A stretch of 63,207 nt of DNA, filler included, from Choristocarpus tenellus KU-1152 (lineage: Eukaryota; Protista; Phaeophyceae): NCBI GenBank assembly GCA_964200185.2. It is 7 parts of 7 records of this genome, joined end to end, with 100 filler letters (N's around TTAATTAATTAA, not from the genome) between each part and the next. Parts side by side here need not be neighbours in the genome. Positions count along the whole stretch, not along the records: positions 1 to 17,734 come from CAXNAD020000634.1; 6 more parts are not named here. One strand, given 5' to 3'. The notes under the pieces were generated by a model. That model had not been told where the DNA came from, ran no database searches, and worked only from the letters and a program-made list of their open reading frames with translations. Of the stretch, positions 1 through 13,600 are shown one piece after another (the first letter of the stretch is position 1; each line of letters starts with the position of its first letter). Made by a program: the position numbers and the translations under genes.

Positions 1-2099
1 AAAAAAGTTGTTCGCCCCAAACACCCCCCCCCCCACACCCCCCCCCCCCCCCCCCCCCAGACAGATACTTTGACCCAGGTAATGCATATTACTCAGAAAG
101 CCTTAGACTGTGGTGACCTGTACTGTGTGTTCGATCGGAATGATTCTGCAGGCACAACGGAACAGAAATCCTCGTTCATCACACACATGGCCTGCCAGGA
201 CTGTGTGCAACTCCCCCCCTTCACCGAAAGGAAGGACAACCGCTTCCCCTCTGTTGAAGCACAGGATATGAATCAGAAATATCTCTTGGTGAAACAATGA
301 CAAAATATGGTGTACCTGGGCTCTGTCATCATGTTATATATTATGACACACGTAATATCAGCAACACCGGTGTGGAGGCCAGGGTTAGAGTCGATTGGAA
401 GACCTGATCTTAACGAACGGCCCCTTTACAAAGACAAAGACAAAGACGACGATGTTGTCCAGAACAGAGATTTTGAACCAAAACGCCTTCCTTTTTTTTG
501 GTTGACTGAAGTCCAAAAAAAATAAAAAATAAAAAGCAATGCTAACAACAAAAAAAAGTTGACAGAAATATATATAAATATATATATATTTATATGTATG
601 GTTCGATGGTGTACATCCGTGAAAAAAAAGAATCGTAACAAAGTCAAAAACAATCAAAATTAAAAAAACAATGGTTGCATTACAAGCCATACCGTACTGT
701 ATCATTTTATTTTATTTCTTTTGAAGAGCGCATACTATTCCACAGGCCTTTTATCTATTCACTTCCCGGTTGGCAAACACATGTGGTATACGTGCAGATG
801 TAAATCTAGCGGCGAACCATAGGAAAAAAAAAAAAATCCTTGGAGACTCCTCTCACACACAAAGATCCCCTTTTTTTTCTTTTCTTTTTTTTTGGGGGGG
901 GAAGGAAAATATAAAATTTCGTTCTTTCATCTTTCGAGGCGTGCACGGGTAGAGGTTTTGCGGAGGTAGGGTAGGATTGGGGTTTGCTTGCTGTAAAAAC
1001 AGGGGATGTATCGCCTTCCGACCTTGGGTTTTCCATGCCATGAAGGGCAGAGGAAGTTGCAAAAACAGTGCGTACTGGTATCAGTATCTGTACTTTGCAC
1101 ACTCTTCATATGATTTACTATTCTGAGATAGAGTGATGCACTGAAGCTTGGGCAAGAGGGGAACGGGAGGGGCAGAAAGAGATACAGGGACTTCCCCCAT
1201 CCTTCTTACCTGTACCAAATATTACTCCTGACTACGCTCAGAATGCACAGCAAAGTATAGCAGAGTGCAGCATATACCTTAATTGGGATATATTTCTCCG
1301 TGGTGATGAAAGCACCTTGGTCTAGGATGGAAATGGTACACAGGCAAAACACTCCCAGACATAAGATTCACGCAATCCGGCACAGTTCCAAACACCCCGG
1401 GACATCATCATCTCCCCCGCTTATCTAACGATGTCTACAACTGAAAAAAACGAAAAATATGCAATCGTTAACACTTCTCACGTTTGGTGCCATCAACAGC
1501 GTTTAAGCTATAGCCATGGAGAGTCAATGTAGGAGGTGTGTGGTGAACAAAAGAGGACGCAATAATGGATCACAGTACACCATCTCCAAGTTCAACTTCT
1601 GCTGCAGTCAACACTATTATCACGAAGCAGGTGTTACACCGTTGGACAAATGCACAGAATAATGGTAGGATTACTTGCTTAGACATCAAGCATACATCCT
1701 CACCCAAAGAACCAGGGTTAAATCACCCTCATTAAAAGTTCGGGCACGAAGCTTTAAAGTTGAAGAACTGGATGAAGCGTTGTACCTGATGAATTGAGCT
1801 GACCTCTTGGTCCTAATTATGCAAATGTTTGAAGTATTCTTGTTTCTCCTACCCGCTTCCCTCCTCCACGACTTCAAACTCAACAAATCATGTTTGCATC
1901 CTTCCAACATTGGACATCCCCTATTCAAGCTGACGAAAATGAAGCACATACCAGCGCTCATAGATTCACCAGGAGGGATGGATTTCTATCCCTCAAGACA
2001 TTCTCACCAGTTGAACTAAGCTACTACTCTCAACCACAAACCTATCCAAATTCTAACTTCACTGCACTCACCAAATCAGTCCAACTATTCGTTTCTCAC

Positions 2100-2294
2100 C
2101 TGCATATCGTACTGGCCTACGTCTGGTGGCAAGTCAACCTCTGGCTTGTTCACTCGAAGAAAGGACATCTCGCCACAGGTCTTGTAAAGTTCTCGGGCCT
2201 CCTCGGAGCTGAGAACATCGTAAGGCGGGGCCGCGACAGATGCCGCTATCCCAGGAGGGGGGCGCAACCCACGGAAAGGCTTGATGCGTACCAT
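2100..2294 (-). CDS. DUF1015 family protein, first coding exon (remaining exons not identified; gene probably runs off the left edge)
   Basis: ATG at 2294. Translation MVRIKPFRGLRPPPGIAASVAAPPYDVLSSEEARELY...SFLRVNKPEVDLPPDVGQYDMQ matches the DUF1015 N-terminal motifs (IKPFRGLRP, APPYDV, SFLHV.KPE.DL). The 65-codon exon ends at a phase-0 CAG|GTGAGA donor at 2100/2099. Confidence 0.8.
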
Positions 2295-3844
2295 TGGTTC
2301 GAGCTCCTTCTGGAAACACCTATTACACTTGCAACTACCCAGGCAACCAGCACACTCCAAACTGTAGATTAAATAGACCCGCGAGTTGTTCGCGGAGGTT
2401 TGCCTCCCCCTTCGTCCTTCTTTGCTCTCGCAGACCTGTGCACGACACCCAATACTGAACTGATCTATCTGCCACTCTATGAACGAAATTTAGGGCCAGC
2501 AATTAATGGCATAGCGCATGGACAGTCGATAGCAAAGAGGAGAAGAGGTAGATTCTGTGGTTCGTGGAGGGTACAACATGGCCGGGATAAGAAAATATGA
2601 GTAGAGGGTTGAGGAGGACCAAGGTAAGTTTGCATTCTGCGTGCATGCCGAGACTGGTACAGTTGGGTTTGCCCTGCTGACATCGAACAACTGTGGCATT
2701 TAACGCCTCGCCGTACCCACTAGAATGGTTATCGATCGACCATTGCATCGAGAAGGTTCTTGGTACATCAACATGAGCCAGTATGAAAACTGGAATGGTC
2801 AGATTGATGGAAGTATGGATAGTAGAAGTCAGGCTCAATTGTTGCAGGTGCAAATACTCAATGACAGTACATTCGAATGCCTTGAGTAGATAGTCTTCAA
2901 CGGTTTACCTTTAGCTAGAGGCGAAGACTACAAGGTGAGATAGATCGAAGAGGGCGTGCCCTAGGGGTCTGGTTCTCTCAACTGTGTATGCTTTTGAAGT
3001 GGTTGACAAACAGTTCGCCTCAATCAAAGCAGTTCAAGGTGTGATGCTGTAACTGAAATTTCACTATAAACAAAGTTTGATCCCAATTTTATATTTCTAC
3101 CCTAGACAGACGACAAAGAACCAAGTTTTCCAATATTGTTCAATTTTTTCTTTCGTGTGTTCCTAGGGTCTACATTAATATATGTATATATATATATTCA
3201 TCATTCATATTTTTGTAAATTTGTTTTGTTTGTTTTGGAACTACTGATATTCATCACTGTGGAAGGTGAGAGAAATGGAGTGTGTATATGAGACTAATAG
3301 TGTTGTAACCATCTAATATTCCACTGCAACTGCTTTACTGGTTGTGACCCTTCATTTCTTTGGTTCTCCCACCTTATCTTAATCCCACCCACCCCCTTCT
3401 CCCTCTCTCACTCCTTGATTTACTGCAACGTCAGTTTTCGGAAATAAACCCCACCACATCGTTGTGGCAACCTATCCAGAAGAGAAAATATTGTCCATGA
3501 TTGTCCATGATTATTGTTACTACTAAGACGTACGAAAAGAGGCGTTCGTGCATGACATACAAAATGGCTATATGTAAAGGTAAGTGCATTAGTCTTTGTT
3601 ATATAGTTGAAATATTGACATAATAATAGTATTACTTATCACTACAGGTGAATATTTGTAATTATGGACAGACCTCTTCCCTACAACTAGAGGCACAATG
3701 TAGTGGTTGTAGGTGCCACTATAATTTTATCCCAAAGAGGATGGTCGCGACAGAATGATAATGTTATATGCTATCTACGAAATATCCGAATTGTAATCTC
3801 TTGAATATGAATACTAATACTTTGTCAACACGTATGATGTGTCT

Positions 3845-4052
3845 CATGAACCCAACACACAATAAGAAGGCAGCAAGAACAGAAGTAGTACAAGCAGTTG
3901 CAGTCGTAACCCAACAACAGGCAATTAGTGGTTAGTATATCGAGGATCATCCACGACTACTTTGCAACCAGAAGCAGTGCAGTGTGTGGTTCTTGTCTCT
4001 GACCACGAGTCAGGGTAGTCCCCAAACTAATGTGTGACAAATAATAATAATA
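3845..4052 (+). repeat. SINE/LINE-tail-like dispersed repeat with (AAT)n tail
   Basis: gaagcagtgcagtgtgt...tgaccacgagtcagggtagtccccaaactaa is followed by ataataataataa. A near-identical core lies at 46095-46155. Confidence 0.6.
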
Positions 4053-4136
4053 ACTTGCATGTAATAAACTACCTGTTGACTATGTCGAATATTGTTTTAT
4101 TGTTACGCACAACAAACAACAGGTCCCCACACACCA

Positions 4137-6880
4137 CTACATAAGTATACATGTGCGTTTCGGCTCGATCGTTTGCACAGCTAGGCACACGCACGCCCTG
4201 GCACAGCCCACCCCTTCTAGGTTGGAATAGACACCCCTGTGTCTTCCACCCGTTGGTCCTGCTAGAGCACCATGACTGCTAGCTGGTGGATCTTCTCCCC
4301 CTCTTATATTGTCGCTCAGGTACAGACTACACAGCCCCCCCCTATGCCTTTCCTCCTCCTGGTGCTGCCAGAGCACTGTAACTGTTTAGTGAGTGGTGGA
4401 TGCTCTCCTCTTTTCCCCCAGCACAGCCCCCGCGGGTTTACACAATCAAACACACAAACTGGTGTTCCTTTCCTCCTCCTGAGGGGCTTCTAGCAAAACT
4501 GCAGGGGGTTCCTGGCGAGGGGTTTGTTTCTGTCACCACCTTCTTCTCCTCCTGCTCTACTGCGAGTCAAGGTACGCGAAAGGTGCCCATAGTTGCGTTT
4601 TGAGGATGCTGGCAAATATGTCCAAAATTGGTCTTTTTTTCAAATTTGTATAGGATATTTTCCGGATTCTGTCGAAAAGATTCAAATAATAGAGGAAATA
4701 ACACCCTCAAGTCAAACTTAGCACTCATTCCATAGAAATATGGATGAACTGCGGAAGACAGAAGAACTATCTTGAAATGCCAAACGGTCAAAAACCTGGG
4801 CACCTCTCGTTTACTTTGACTCTCTGTAGGCTTTAGGAGAATCAATCCACATGATTCTATCTATGCAAGAGTCCCTGCTGAAGACCTTGCTGCAACCATT
4901 GTCCAAGGATGCATAGACGGAGTCGGGTGTTACAACCCCTCCAGCACAAACACCACGAATCCGCACACAGGCAGCGCATGATGCAAGAGGGATATCCAGA
5001 CAGGTGATCCGATCTCAGGGGTTGAAGGAGGCACTGTCCAGCTGCTTTGCGGTAGGTGGATGTAGAAGACAGGTTGTGGATACTGGGGATGCATACACAT
5101 GCCCCAGGGCCAGACGACAAGTGCTGTAGCACACGCCAATGGTCACACTACTGCGTATCATTTGTATGTAGATGTGCATCCCGTTCACTTCTGGAAGATG
5201 GGAGTCCCTTCACCATAGTCTGCAACTTCGAGATAGATGCAGTATTTCATGCTGGAGCAATGTCCAATGCAGCTGCTGCTCCTTACTACGGGTGATTCTC
5301 CTCACTCTGTTTTCTTTCTTTTTCTTTATTACTTGTATTTCTCAAGCAGTGTATATATTGCCTTCTTTGGACTACCTTTTAGACCACGGGTCTGAGTCCC
5401 CCAGATATATGTGAAGAGAAATTATTAAAGCGGACACAGCACACAACACTCCTCTAGGAACAGAGGTGTCCCTGCTGCTGCAGATGAGGTCCTCATATGG
5501 AACCACTATGAGGGATCTTTTGACCTTCGTCATTTTATTCCCAACAACGTCACAGTGTAAGGGTTTGGGCATCTTTGTACAAAAGCAGAGCAATCCCCAG
5601 ATGAACTTGTGGCTCATCAGCGTGTGGTAGGAGATCTGGGAGGGTTTGCAGGAAGGGAACAGTGAAGGTACGCCTTCGGCAGATTGTGTCCGTCACAGGC
5701 CAAGTGCTGACTTCAAGACCTGCCACGATTGCGAGCTGGAGAAACCGGATCAGCGGGAAAGGCAGGACTTGACAGACTCGTGAGACTCCTCCCTTGTTTC
5801 TAGATCGGTCCCATGTTAGCCTGGGAATACTTCCAGGTGTGTTGTGTCTGTCATCATAGGTTTCTTGAATGTTTTCAGAGAAGATACAACACTTTCCAGT
5901 GCAGAGAGTATTCGAATATGCTACCGCTACTGCTGGTGTAAAATTGGAAGGTCTTTAGCGTAAGCGGTACAATGTCTGTTCTTGCTGTTGTGCTTGTTGA
6001 TTTCTCTGCCTCCTATTTTGCTTCTCATCCCCCCCAACGACAATTCATAATATACAACTCCGGAGTATTTTGTACGCCCACTACTTGCATTTTGCAGATG
6101 TTGTCGTGGAGTGATCAAAAAGAAACCTTCATGACGAAGAATACAACTACGACAACATGTTTTGTAGTGCTTGCGGTATAGGCCTTCTGATACACCGCTG
6201 AGAGTTACAGTGTATTATTAAAACAAGAATGCGAGGGAAGGAAGTTCCTTGCTGGCCCTGGAACGCCACTGGAGCCGATGTGGACAAGAGGCAAATGCAT
6301 GGGCCTCAGCAAAAACCCTCAAGTCGGTATGCCAGATCCCCCCTTTTGAGTTTAAACTCACCGCCAGAAGATCCCTAGGGAGGAAGGAGGTCCTATCGAA
6401 CAGGTGCCCGGTAACTGGTTGCAGGAGGCAAAACATAGACACACCAGACAGGTTCGAACCTGCCCTAGGACTGGAGGAAAGGTTCGCCAACACACACCAA
6501 TGGTGAAACGTATGAGTCAAATTTGCAAAGGAATGGGTATCCCCTGCACTATGAAAGATGGCAACCCATTCACAGTAGGTAGGGTTTTCCGCATGGATCT
6601 GATCTTCCATGCAGGGCACTTGCGGATTCCGGATCAGCTCCATACTGAGACAAAGGCCTCCTCCTCGATGGTTCGTTTGCAGAAGTACAAGTGGCCTCTC
6701 ACCTCCCACGCTCATCCACCAGCAATGGTGTAGATGCTGCTGGAGCTGAGGCGCGAAAGTGCATCCACTAACGAGGGATCTTTCGACCCCCGTAGATATA
6801 ACTTCAATGATTTCACGGTGGAAAGTTTGGGCGCCTTGGTAAGCAATCGGAAAGTTTTCTGGGTGAGCTAGCTACACGTG
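4137..6880 (-). pseudogene. Decayed coding-like region of unknown family (stops, frameshifts, MITE insertion)
   Basis: Protein-like minus-strand frames are interrupted by isolated stops. Two segments share a motif: HHWCVLANLSSSPRAG...CLLQPV (~6400-6510) and DHWRVLQHLSSGPGAC...CLLQPL (~5015-5145). A MITE sits at 4564-4822. Confidence 0.35.
4564..4822. mobile_element. MITE, subfamily C
   Basis: TIRs are GAGTCAAGGTACGCGAAAGGTGCCCA and TGGGCACCTCTCGTTTACTTTGACTC. The internal sequence is homologous, in inverted orientation, to 37232-37443. Confidence 0.7.
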
Positions 6881-7970
6881 TGGTAGGGGGGAGAGGGAAA
6901 GGAGGATGCAGGAGGAAAGGGGCGCTCAAATCCCGTCTACACCAGATAGTCTCAGTCACAACGCAAGTAGCACTATCTCGACGTGTCATGCGTTTTAAGC
7001 TGGAGACATTAGGGAGATGAGCAAGGAGGGGCTTGTTAGATTCTTGGGATACCTCCCTAACTCCTCACCCTTGGGTACTGGACTAAGCTAGGCTGGAAGC
7101 ACAGGAACGAAGTGGTCCAGGACACCTAGTAGTAAAATAGTGAATAGATCAACGTGTTTCATATTATACCTTACAGCAACTGTTTATTAGAGATTCTTCT
7201 GACATGTGAAGGGTTTTCATTGGTTTTTCTCCTGACACATCTTAAAAATATTAGAGGGCATAAGAATAACATACAATAAACATACTAAGAAGACAAACGC
7301 TACTTAAAACGCCTTTTCTGTTTTGTGGACATCTTTGATCTCGATCTCTGTTTTAACACCATAACATCCTAATCAACGATTGTTGTAATCAATTTCGAGG
7401 TAGCCAGGGGGAGAACCAGCGTTACGACTCTGAAAGTCATCTAGCCTGTACGACCATGTTAATCTTGGTGACGATAATGGCCAAACCGTGGAAGGAACCA
7501 CAAAAAAAAGGAGGTTGGATATTACAACTGTGCCGTTCATGACCATTGACTAAATGCATTGTTCATGTTGTATTGCTGATGATGAAGGTAGAAAAAAAAT
7601 TCCCAGCAATCTAACCGCATGTTCATGCTACATCCCAACAAATTATCTTCCATGACATATATTACCACCATGGATGTCTATATAGTCACTCATTGTTTCA
7701 ATTCAGTCTTTCTCAAGTCAATTTGTCCATGAGAAAAACGGCAAACCATAGTAGTAGTACACCTATTAGATTTATCACAAGGCACTGGAACAAACTCAAA
7801 CAAAAGAATAAAACCAGTAATCCGATATGCTCTCCCTCCCCACTCCTTACAATTGGTACTACCTCAAGAAATAGCAACAGTGCATTCCTCCTCTGATCCA
7901 TTTGGCAACATGAGTGAAATATATAGCAACATGCGAAAATAGTAATCCCATGGCCTACTCCCCTTGATAG

Positions 7971-8228
7971 GAGTCAAAGTATCTTAAAGGGTAGAGCCGC
8001 GTCCATTTGGGCGTCAAAATCCAATGTTGCGATTTTGATGTAATCTTGGCTATTATGATTGTTAGGAGATGTCAATATCATTGTTCCGGACACGTCTTTT
8101 CATAACGTATACATTTTACCTACTTGGAAACATTTTGGAGGAGGTAGTATGTCATTAAAAACCCATGGGAAGTCAAGCCCCAAATGGACAAACAGGGCAC
8201 ACTCGTACCCTCTAAAATACTTTCGCTT
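7971..8228. mobile_element. MITE, subfamily A
   Basis: TIRs are GAGTCAAAGTATCTTAAAGGGGTA and TACCCTCTAAAATACTTTCGCTT. Full-length homologs lie at 55684-55947 and 60892-61150, and a partial copy at 54414-54481. Confidence 0.8.
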
Positions 8229-10624
8229 ATAGCAGAAAAAGAAATAGTGTATCATATTGTACACCTCTCAATCCTGTTGGTCAATGTATCTCAAGCTGCA
8301 AAACATGCATATAAAAATTCGTAACATACTTCCTTGATAGTCTTTCCCATGCCCTTTCTCAGATGTACTAAATCAAGGATCATCAGTCAATATTGTCGTG
8401 GAAATCTATCCTTGATGATTCAAATTAGTGAGAGGTTGCTGGGAGGATCAGTTGCCGCAGAGACTGATCACCTAAGGCATCCAACATAGACTGTGTCCTC
8501 GTCCCCCATACCTGGTAATAAGGGGAGGACAGCAACATATTCTTAGTGAAATGAAAGGGGTATTCTGAATGGGCTAAAAGGCCTGGTGGGCACTCCTAGG
8601 GGACAAGCATACCACGACAAGACTTCTAGAGGATGGAGGGGAGCTTTAACATGACTGGTGGTGTGGTCGTTTTCCTAATCAGCTGGTAAGTAATAATACA
8701 TGTGACTACTGTGTTGATTTCCCCACTCCAGCTCTTCTAGTCCCAATGGTGTTGTAATTTCTTTACTCTCAAATCAATACCACGCCCTGTGTGCTCCCTC
8801 GCTTTCTTCCACTGACCTCTGCTGACTCTTACTCACGCTTCTTACACCACATGCAGTTCTGCAAAGCCTGAGGGCATAGTCATTTGCACTTTGTGTAAAT
8901 TTGACCGGGCTCTAAAGGTGCCCCTCTTGCACGACAGACGGATAGGTGTGTCAGTCACTAGCCACAGTTTCCTGACCTCGATAAACTCTTGCACGAGTGG
9001 CTCAAATAGTACTACATATCTATATTTCTACTTGCAAGTGTATAGGATCATGTTGACACGCGCGTATTTCATTCGCCATGGGGTATTCTTAATCAAGTTG
9101 AGTCATGACTGGAAACACCAGTCATGTATATTAAGTCAGCTAAAGGTGGGAACAAAACTGGGTAAAGATAATTTTGAAGTCCCCCCTGCCCACACCAACT
9201 CAACACTGCTGACAGACCACGATACATACCCTCCCGTGCCTGGCACTCTATGGGTACTCTGCTAATCCTTCCCTCTTCCACTTTACTCTTCCTCGCAGTT
9301 ATCGATCCTTCCGTGCAATCACAAAGCCCTGCATACCCCACCGGTTTTAATAGTAGTATAGTATCCGAAAATGGATAGAATAATTTACGGAGTACTTCCG
9401 AGTTTGAATAATGATATGATCGAGGATGTGGAATCTTATCTATGGTGTACTTCCTGGTGAAATTAACGGTATACTATTGTTTCAAATAGGGCTAGGATTA
9501 GGGCATTTTTCTACTACTACAGTTAGTACCACTAGCATTTTTTTTTCTCTACTAGACCCCTATCTACACTGACCATTGTATTTCTTAGATGAGTGTGTTT
9601 GATGTGAAATTGTCCCCTGCGGTGAAGCAGGCCTCCAACAATGCCAGTGTTGAAAAACACGTTCTGAGGCCTTCCACAATACGATAGAATGCACTGAGGT
9701 GAAGCCGAAGATTTTTCATCGGCAAAGAGCCTAAACGTGCGTTGTTCGATGTGTTTTGACCTGCATCTCCACCTTGCCAAGTGTGTGTAAGTGTATTCAG
9801 ATATCTTGGAAGGTGCCCATAAGCTGAGGCTATGACTTCTAACTTCCATACGTTTAAATATTATTGCTATTTTTTTGCTATTTTTTTGCTAATACTACAG
9901 TAACTACTACTTTTGACATTTTATATATCACTATCACCATTATTACAACTATTATACTAGTATGGATACCATATAATTACTATGACCCTCACTCGAACAT
10001 TTTTGATATTCCTATTTATGATATTAATATTAATACGTAGAATATACACAACTAGATTTTCACCCATGTCAAACCCTCACTCTATTTTCCCAATCAGCCC
10101 TCTTTCCCGAGCGTTTTCCCGGTTCCTTCCATACAGGAGACCATGTCTGCTGCTGGTTCGGGCTGCAAAAACCACGCAATACACGACATGTACTACTACG
10201 GCATATCATGCCTTACCCTATGAAGTACAGCAGCTCACACTAAGGACCTGATATAAACAGAAGTGTCACTTTGGATTGCGTCTTCTTACTTCCCGTTAAC
10301 TACGACCTCAGGGGTGTAAGCATTGCAAAGTTGAAGAACTATCTCTTGTAGACAACCTCCGAGCCAGTATATAACCGTCCTGGGTACAGTAGTCCACTTT
10401 TTGATTCACATTGAACACTTTTTGTTGCTGTCCTTCCACCTTTTCCTAATTATCCAAGATAGCTACTTCCAGGTATGAGCTATTTTGACCTTTCTCCAGT
10501 AGTATCCTCCTGTCCTGGGGATTTGCGTATGATACTGACAGAGGGTTGCTCCAGCAAAACAATGATTCATTCATTCTCTCTAGGCTCAGTGCTCAGTTCT
10601 TCGGTCCAATATTTCTATTCATTT

Positions 10625-13600
10625 CTTGTGATACTGCCTGCCTGAATAGCACCACGGTTGTCACAGAACCAGGGAGTCTGGTCCTGTAGTACGCCGATCT
10701 CCCCTAGAATGCCTCGAATGAAAATTCAGTGGCGCATGCCATATGCCATTGCTGTCTACTCTGCCTCAGAGCTGGAGAGGGTGAAAGCGCCTTGAAGCTT
10801 GGAGCACCAGGCGATCGGGGATCCGTTGAACAGTATTATGTACCCTGTAACACTGCTGCGTGTTTGTGAGTCAGTGCCCCAGTCAGAATCCCCATACCCC
10901 ACCAGGAGTTCTTCGTCCCCCTCGTTCATATCTTTATCCCCTCGACCATAGTGGATGCAGACGTCCAGTGTTCCTGCTACATAGCGCAGAACGTGTTGCA
11001 GTCCGCGCCAGTGTCACATGCATGGAGACGCCGCCCTGCGCCCCAGTTCATGAACGCTGTTGGCCAGGTCCGGTCGAGTCATGCCTGCTAGAAACATGAG
11101 TTGGCCAAGGATACTGGCATAGGGGTATATAGTAGGATCCAGTTCCTCTTCGTAGTCTTGCCTGGCAGAGAGTTCCCCCAGAGTCCAGTGGTGTAGATGT
11201 TTCTCGTACTTCCATGGAGCCCATCCCGGCCATGACAATGCTTTCTGCATATAGTTGTTGGTCCAGGGTGATGCCATCCTCACCCACAGTGATGCCCACC
11301 CCAATCAGCTTGTCCGCCGTACCTAGGTCTCGCCCCTCGTACCTTTCCAGCAGTGAGGCCCTCATCCTCTGGATCTCCTCTGTGAAGTCCCCAGTGGTGG
11401 CAGTGTCATCCACGTAGGTAGTGAAGATGACGATGTGTCCGTCTTCACTCTTCTTGAAGTAGAGGCACTCGTCGTGTTGGCTGCTTATCCATCCTTCTGC
11501 GAGAATGATGCCCCTTAGTTCATGATACCATTCCATGACTGACTGTTTCAGCCCATAGATTGCCTTCTCTGCCTTCATGGTGCGGCCGTCAGGAAGCTCC
11601 AACCAGATATCCTCCTGTAGTTCTGCGTTGAGGTAGGCCTGTGTGAAGTCCAGGGCGTCTATGTTCCAACCTCTGTATACGCTTCGACTAATATGACGCA
11701 TCGTAGTGTGTCGTATCCCACCACCGGGCAGAAGGTTTCGAAGTCCACTCCTGCGTTTTGGGTGAAGCCACGGGCCACAAGTCGCGCCTTATAGCGTTCC
11801 ACCATCCCGTCTGTGGAGCGTTTGATTTTGAAAACGAATCGCGTCTTGATTGCCTTCCTCCCTTGGCGCAGGGCATTGTCACCAAACGTCCCCTTCTGCC
11901 ATAGTCCTGCCATTTCCTTCTCCATGGCTTCCTGCCACTGTTCTGCATCTGGCCTACTCAAGGCCTCCTTTATTGTAGTTGACTCGCCTGCACCTGTGGT
12001 TACTTTCCTCATGAGACCCATAAAGCAGTATACGATATCGTTGTTCTGCTGCATGAGGGTTGACACGAAGTGGTTCATGTCTGTTTCTTCGTCTTCTTCC
12101 AGGTCACATAGTTGTGATGTGTAGGCCACCCACTGGCGCTGCTCCAACCGGGAAGATCTCCGTCGTCCAGAGTGTGGGACCAGGCGCTTGGCTGCCATCT
12201 GCGCAGCCCTATCCATGTGCTGGCGTTGTCCCATCCTGGGAGAAATCTCTTGACTTTGATGGGTCCGCTTTGCATCTTGAGCCCTATGCCCAATGTTATG
12301 GCCCGCATTCTCAGTTGTATTTGTTTCTGTGGCATCCTCTTCTTCTTGTGCCTCGTTCCCTGTGGTATCAGTCTCTTCTTCGCCTTCATCGTTTCTGTTC
12401 ATGTCCTCATCGTATTCTGGCTCCTCCAGTATATCCAGTTCAGGTTCCCCCACCAGTTCCAACAGTTGAGCTTCAGCTTAGAACTTGACCTGTGCTGAGG
12501 TTACCAGCTTACCCTCCTGTGGGATCCACACGTGCCAGCACAGTAACGCTCTGTCGTGTCCAACGAGAATCCCCTGCTTCACATATGGGTGGAATTTGGC
12601 GTTGGTGCTGCGCTGTTGGTTGATCTGGTGTACGAAGCACTCCGTCCCGAACACACGGAGTCGATTGTAGTTGAATGGCTTGTTACTCAGGCGCTCGCAT
12701 GGTGTCTCATCGCCCAGGTACTTGAGCGGCATGCCTGTGGTCTTGTATGTGGCGTCTGCTACCGCGAAGAACCCGAACTCCTCCCCCAATCCAGCTTGAA
12801 TTAGGTGGCTGCGCGCCGCTTGCATCACCTGTTTTATTGCCCTCTCAGCAATTCCGTTACTCTGTGGCGTGTGTGGGGGGCTCTTGCGCGATTTTACGCC
12901 CCGCTCTGTCAGAATGTGCTGGAACTTTACGCTCCTCCCGAACTCGCCAGCACCATCTCCACTGATGCACCTCACCACCACCCCTTCTCGAGTCATCTTG
13001 TCGATGTAGGCAGCGGTGGCCGCTGTAGCGGCGTCCTTGCTACGCAGACCTATCACACGCTTCTCCCGGCTGGCCTCGTCCATGAACACCTGAAAATACT
13101 TCATGCCCGTCACATCTGTGTCAAAGGGTCCCTCCATGTCTGTATGCACCGTCTCCCCCACTGTCTTGGGACTGCGGCCACCCTGTGCGTAACTGAGTGC
13201 CTCGGACTTGCACTCCTTGCATACCTTGCAGTGGAGCCCTGAAGCGACTGTAGTATCTGAGATATGTCCAGGAGACCTCGTTTCTCCTAGTTCTTTATCG
13301 CGAAGGGGTTGAGGTGACTCATGATTTTATGCCAGTAGGAGAGGGAGAGACGCTGTTGCTTATTGACATAGCTAGCATTAATTTTTGACTGACCCTTTTT
13401 CGTCTGGAACTGGGCCTGCAGCATTAGGAAAGCTCCCTTCTCCTCTAAATGGATCTTGACTGCCCCCTTGTTGGGCTGGATGTAGCTCCTCCTAATCCCT
13501 GAGTCCATAAATTTACCTCCCTTGCGCTGCAGGCTGCCCGTGCTAAGAAGTCTGCATGGCAGACCCGGTACCCAGAACACATCCTGGAGTACAATCTTGG

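Noticed and set aside
103-1300. Candidate second exon of the DUF1015 gene
   Set aside because: Donor- and acceptor-like sites exist, but no frame gave the expected DUF1015 continuation.
2597-2940. Possible plus-strand gene divergent from DUF1015 (donor-like GTAAGT and GTGAGA)
   Set aside because: Only very short peptides with no recognisable homology, so it cannot be supported.
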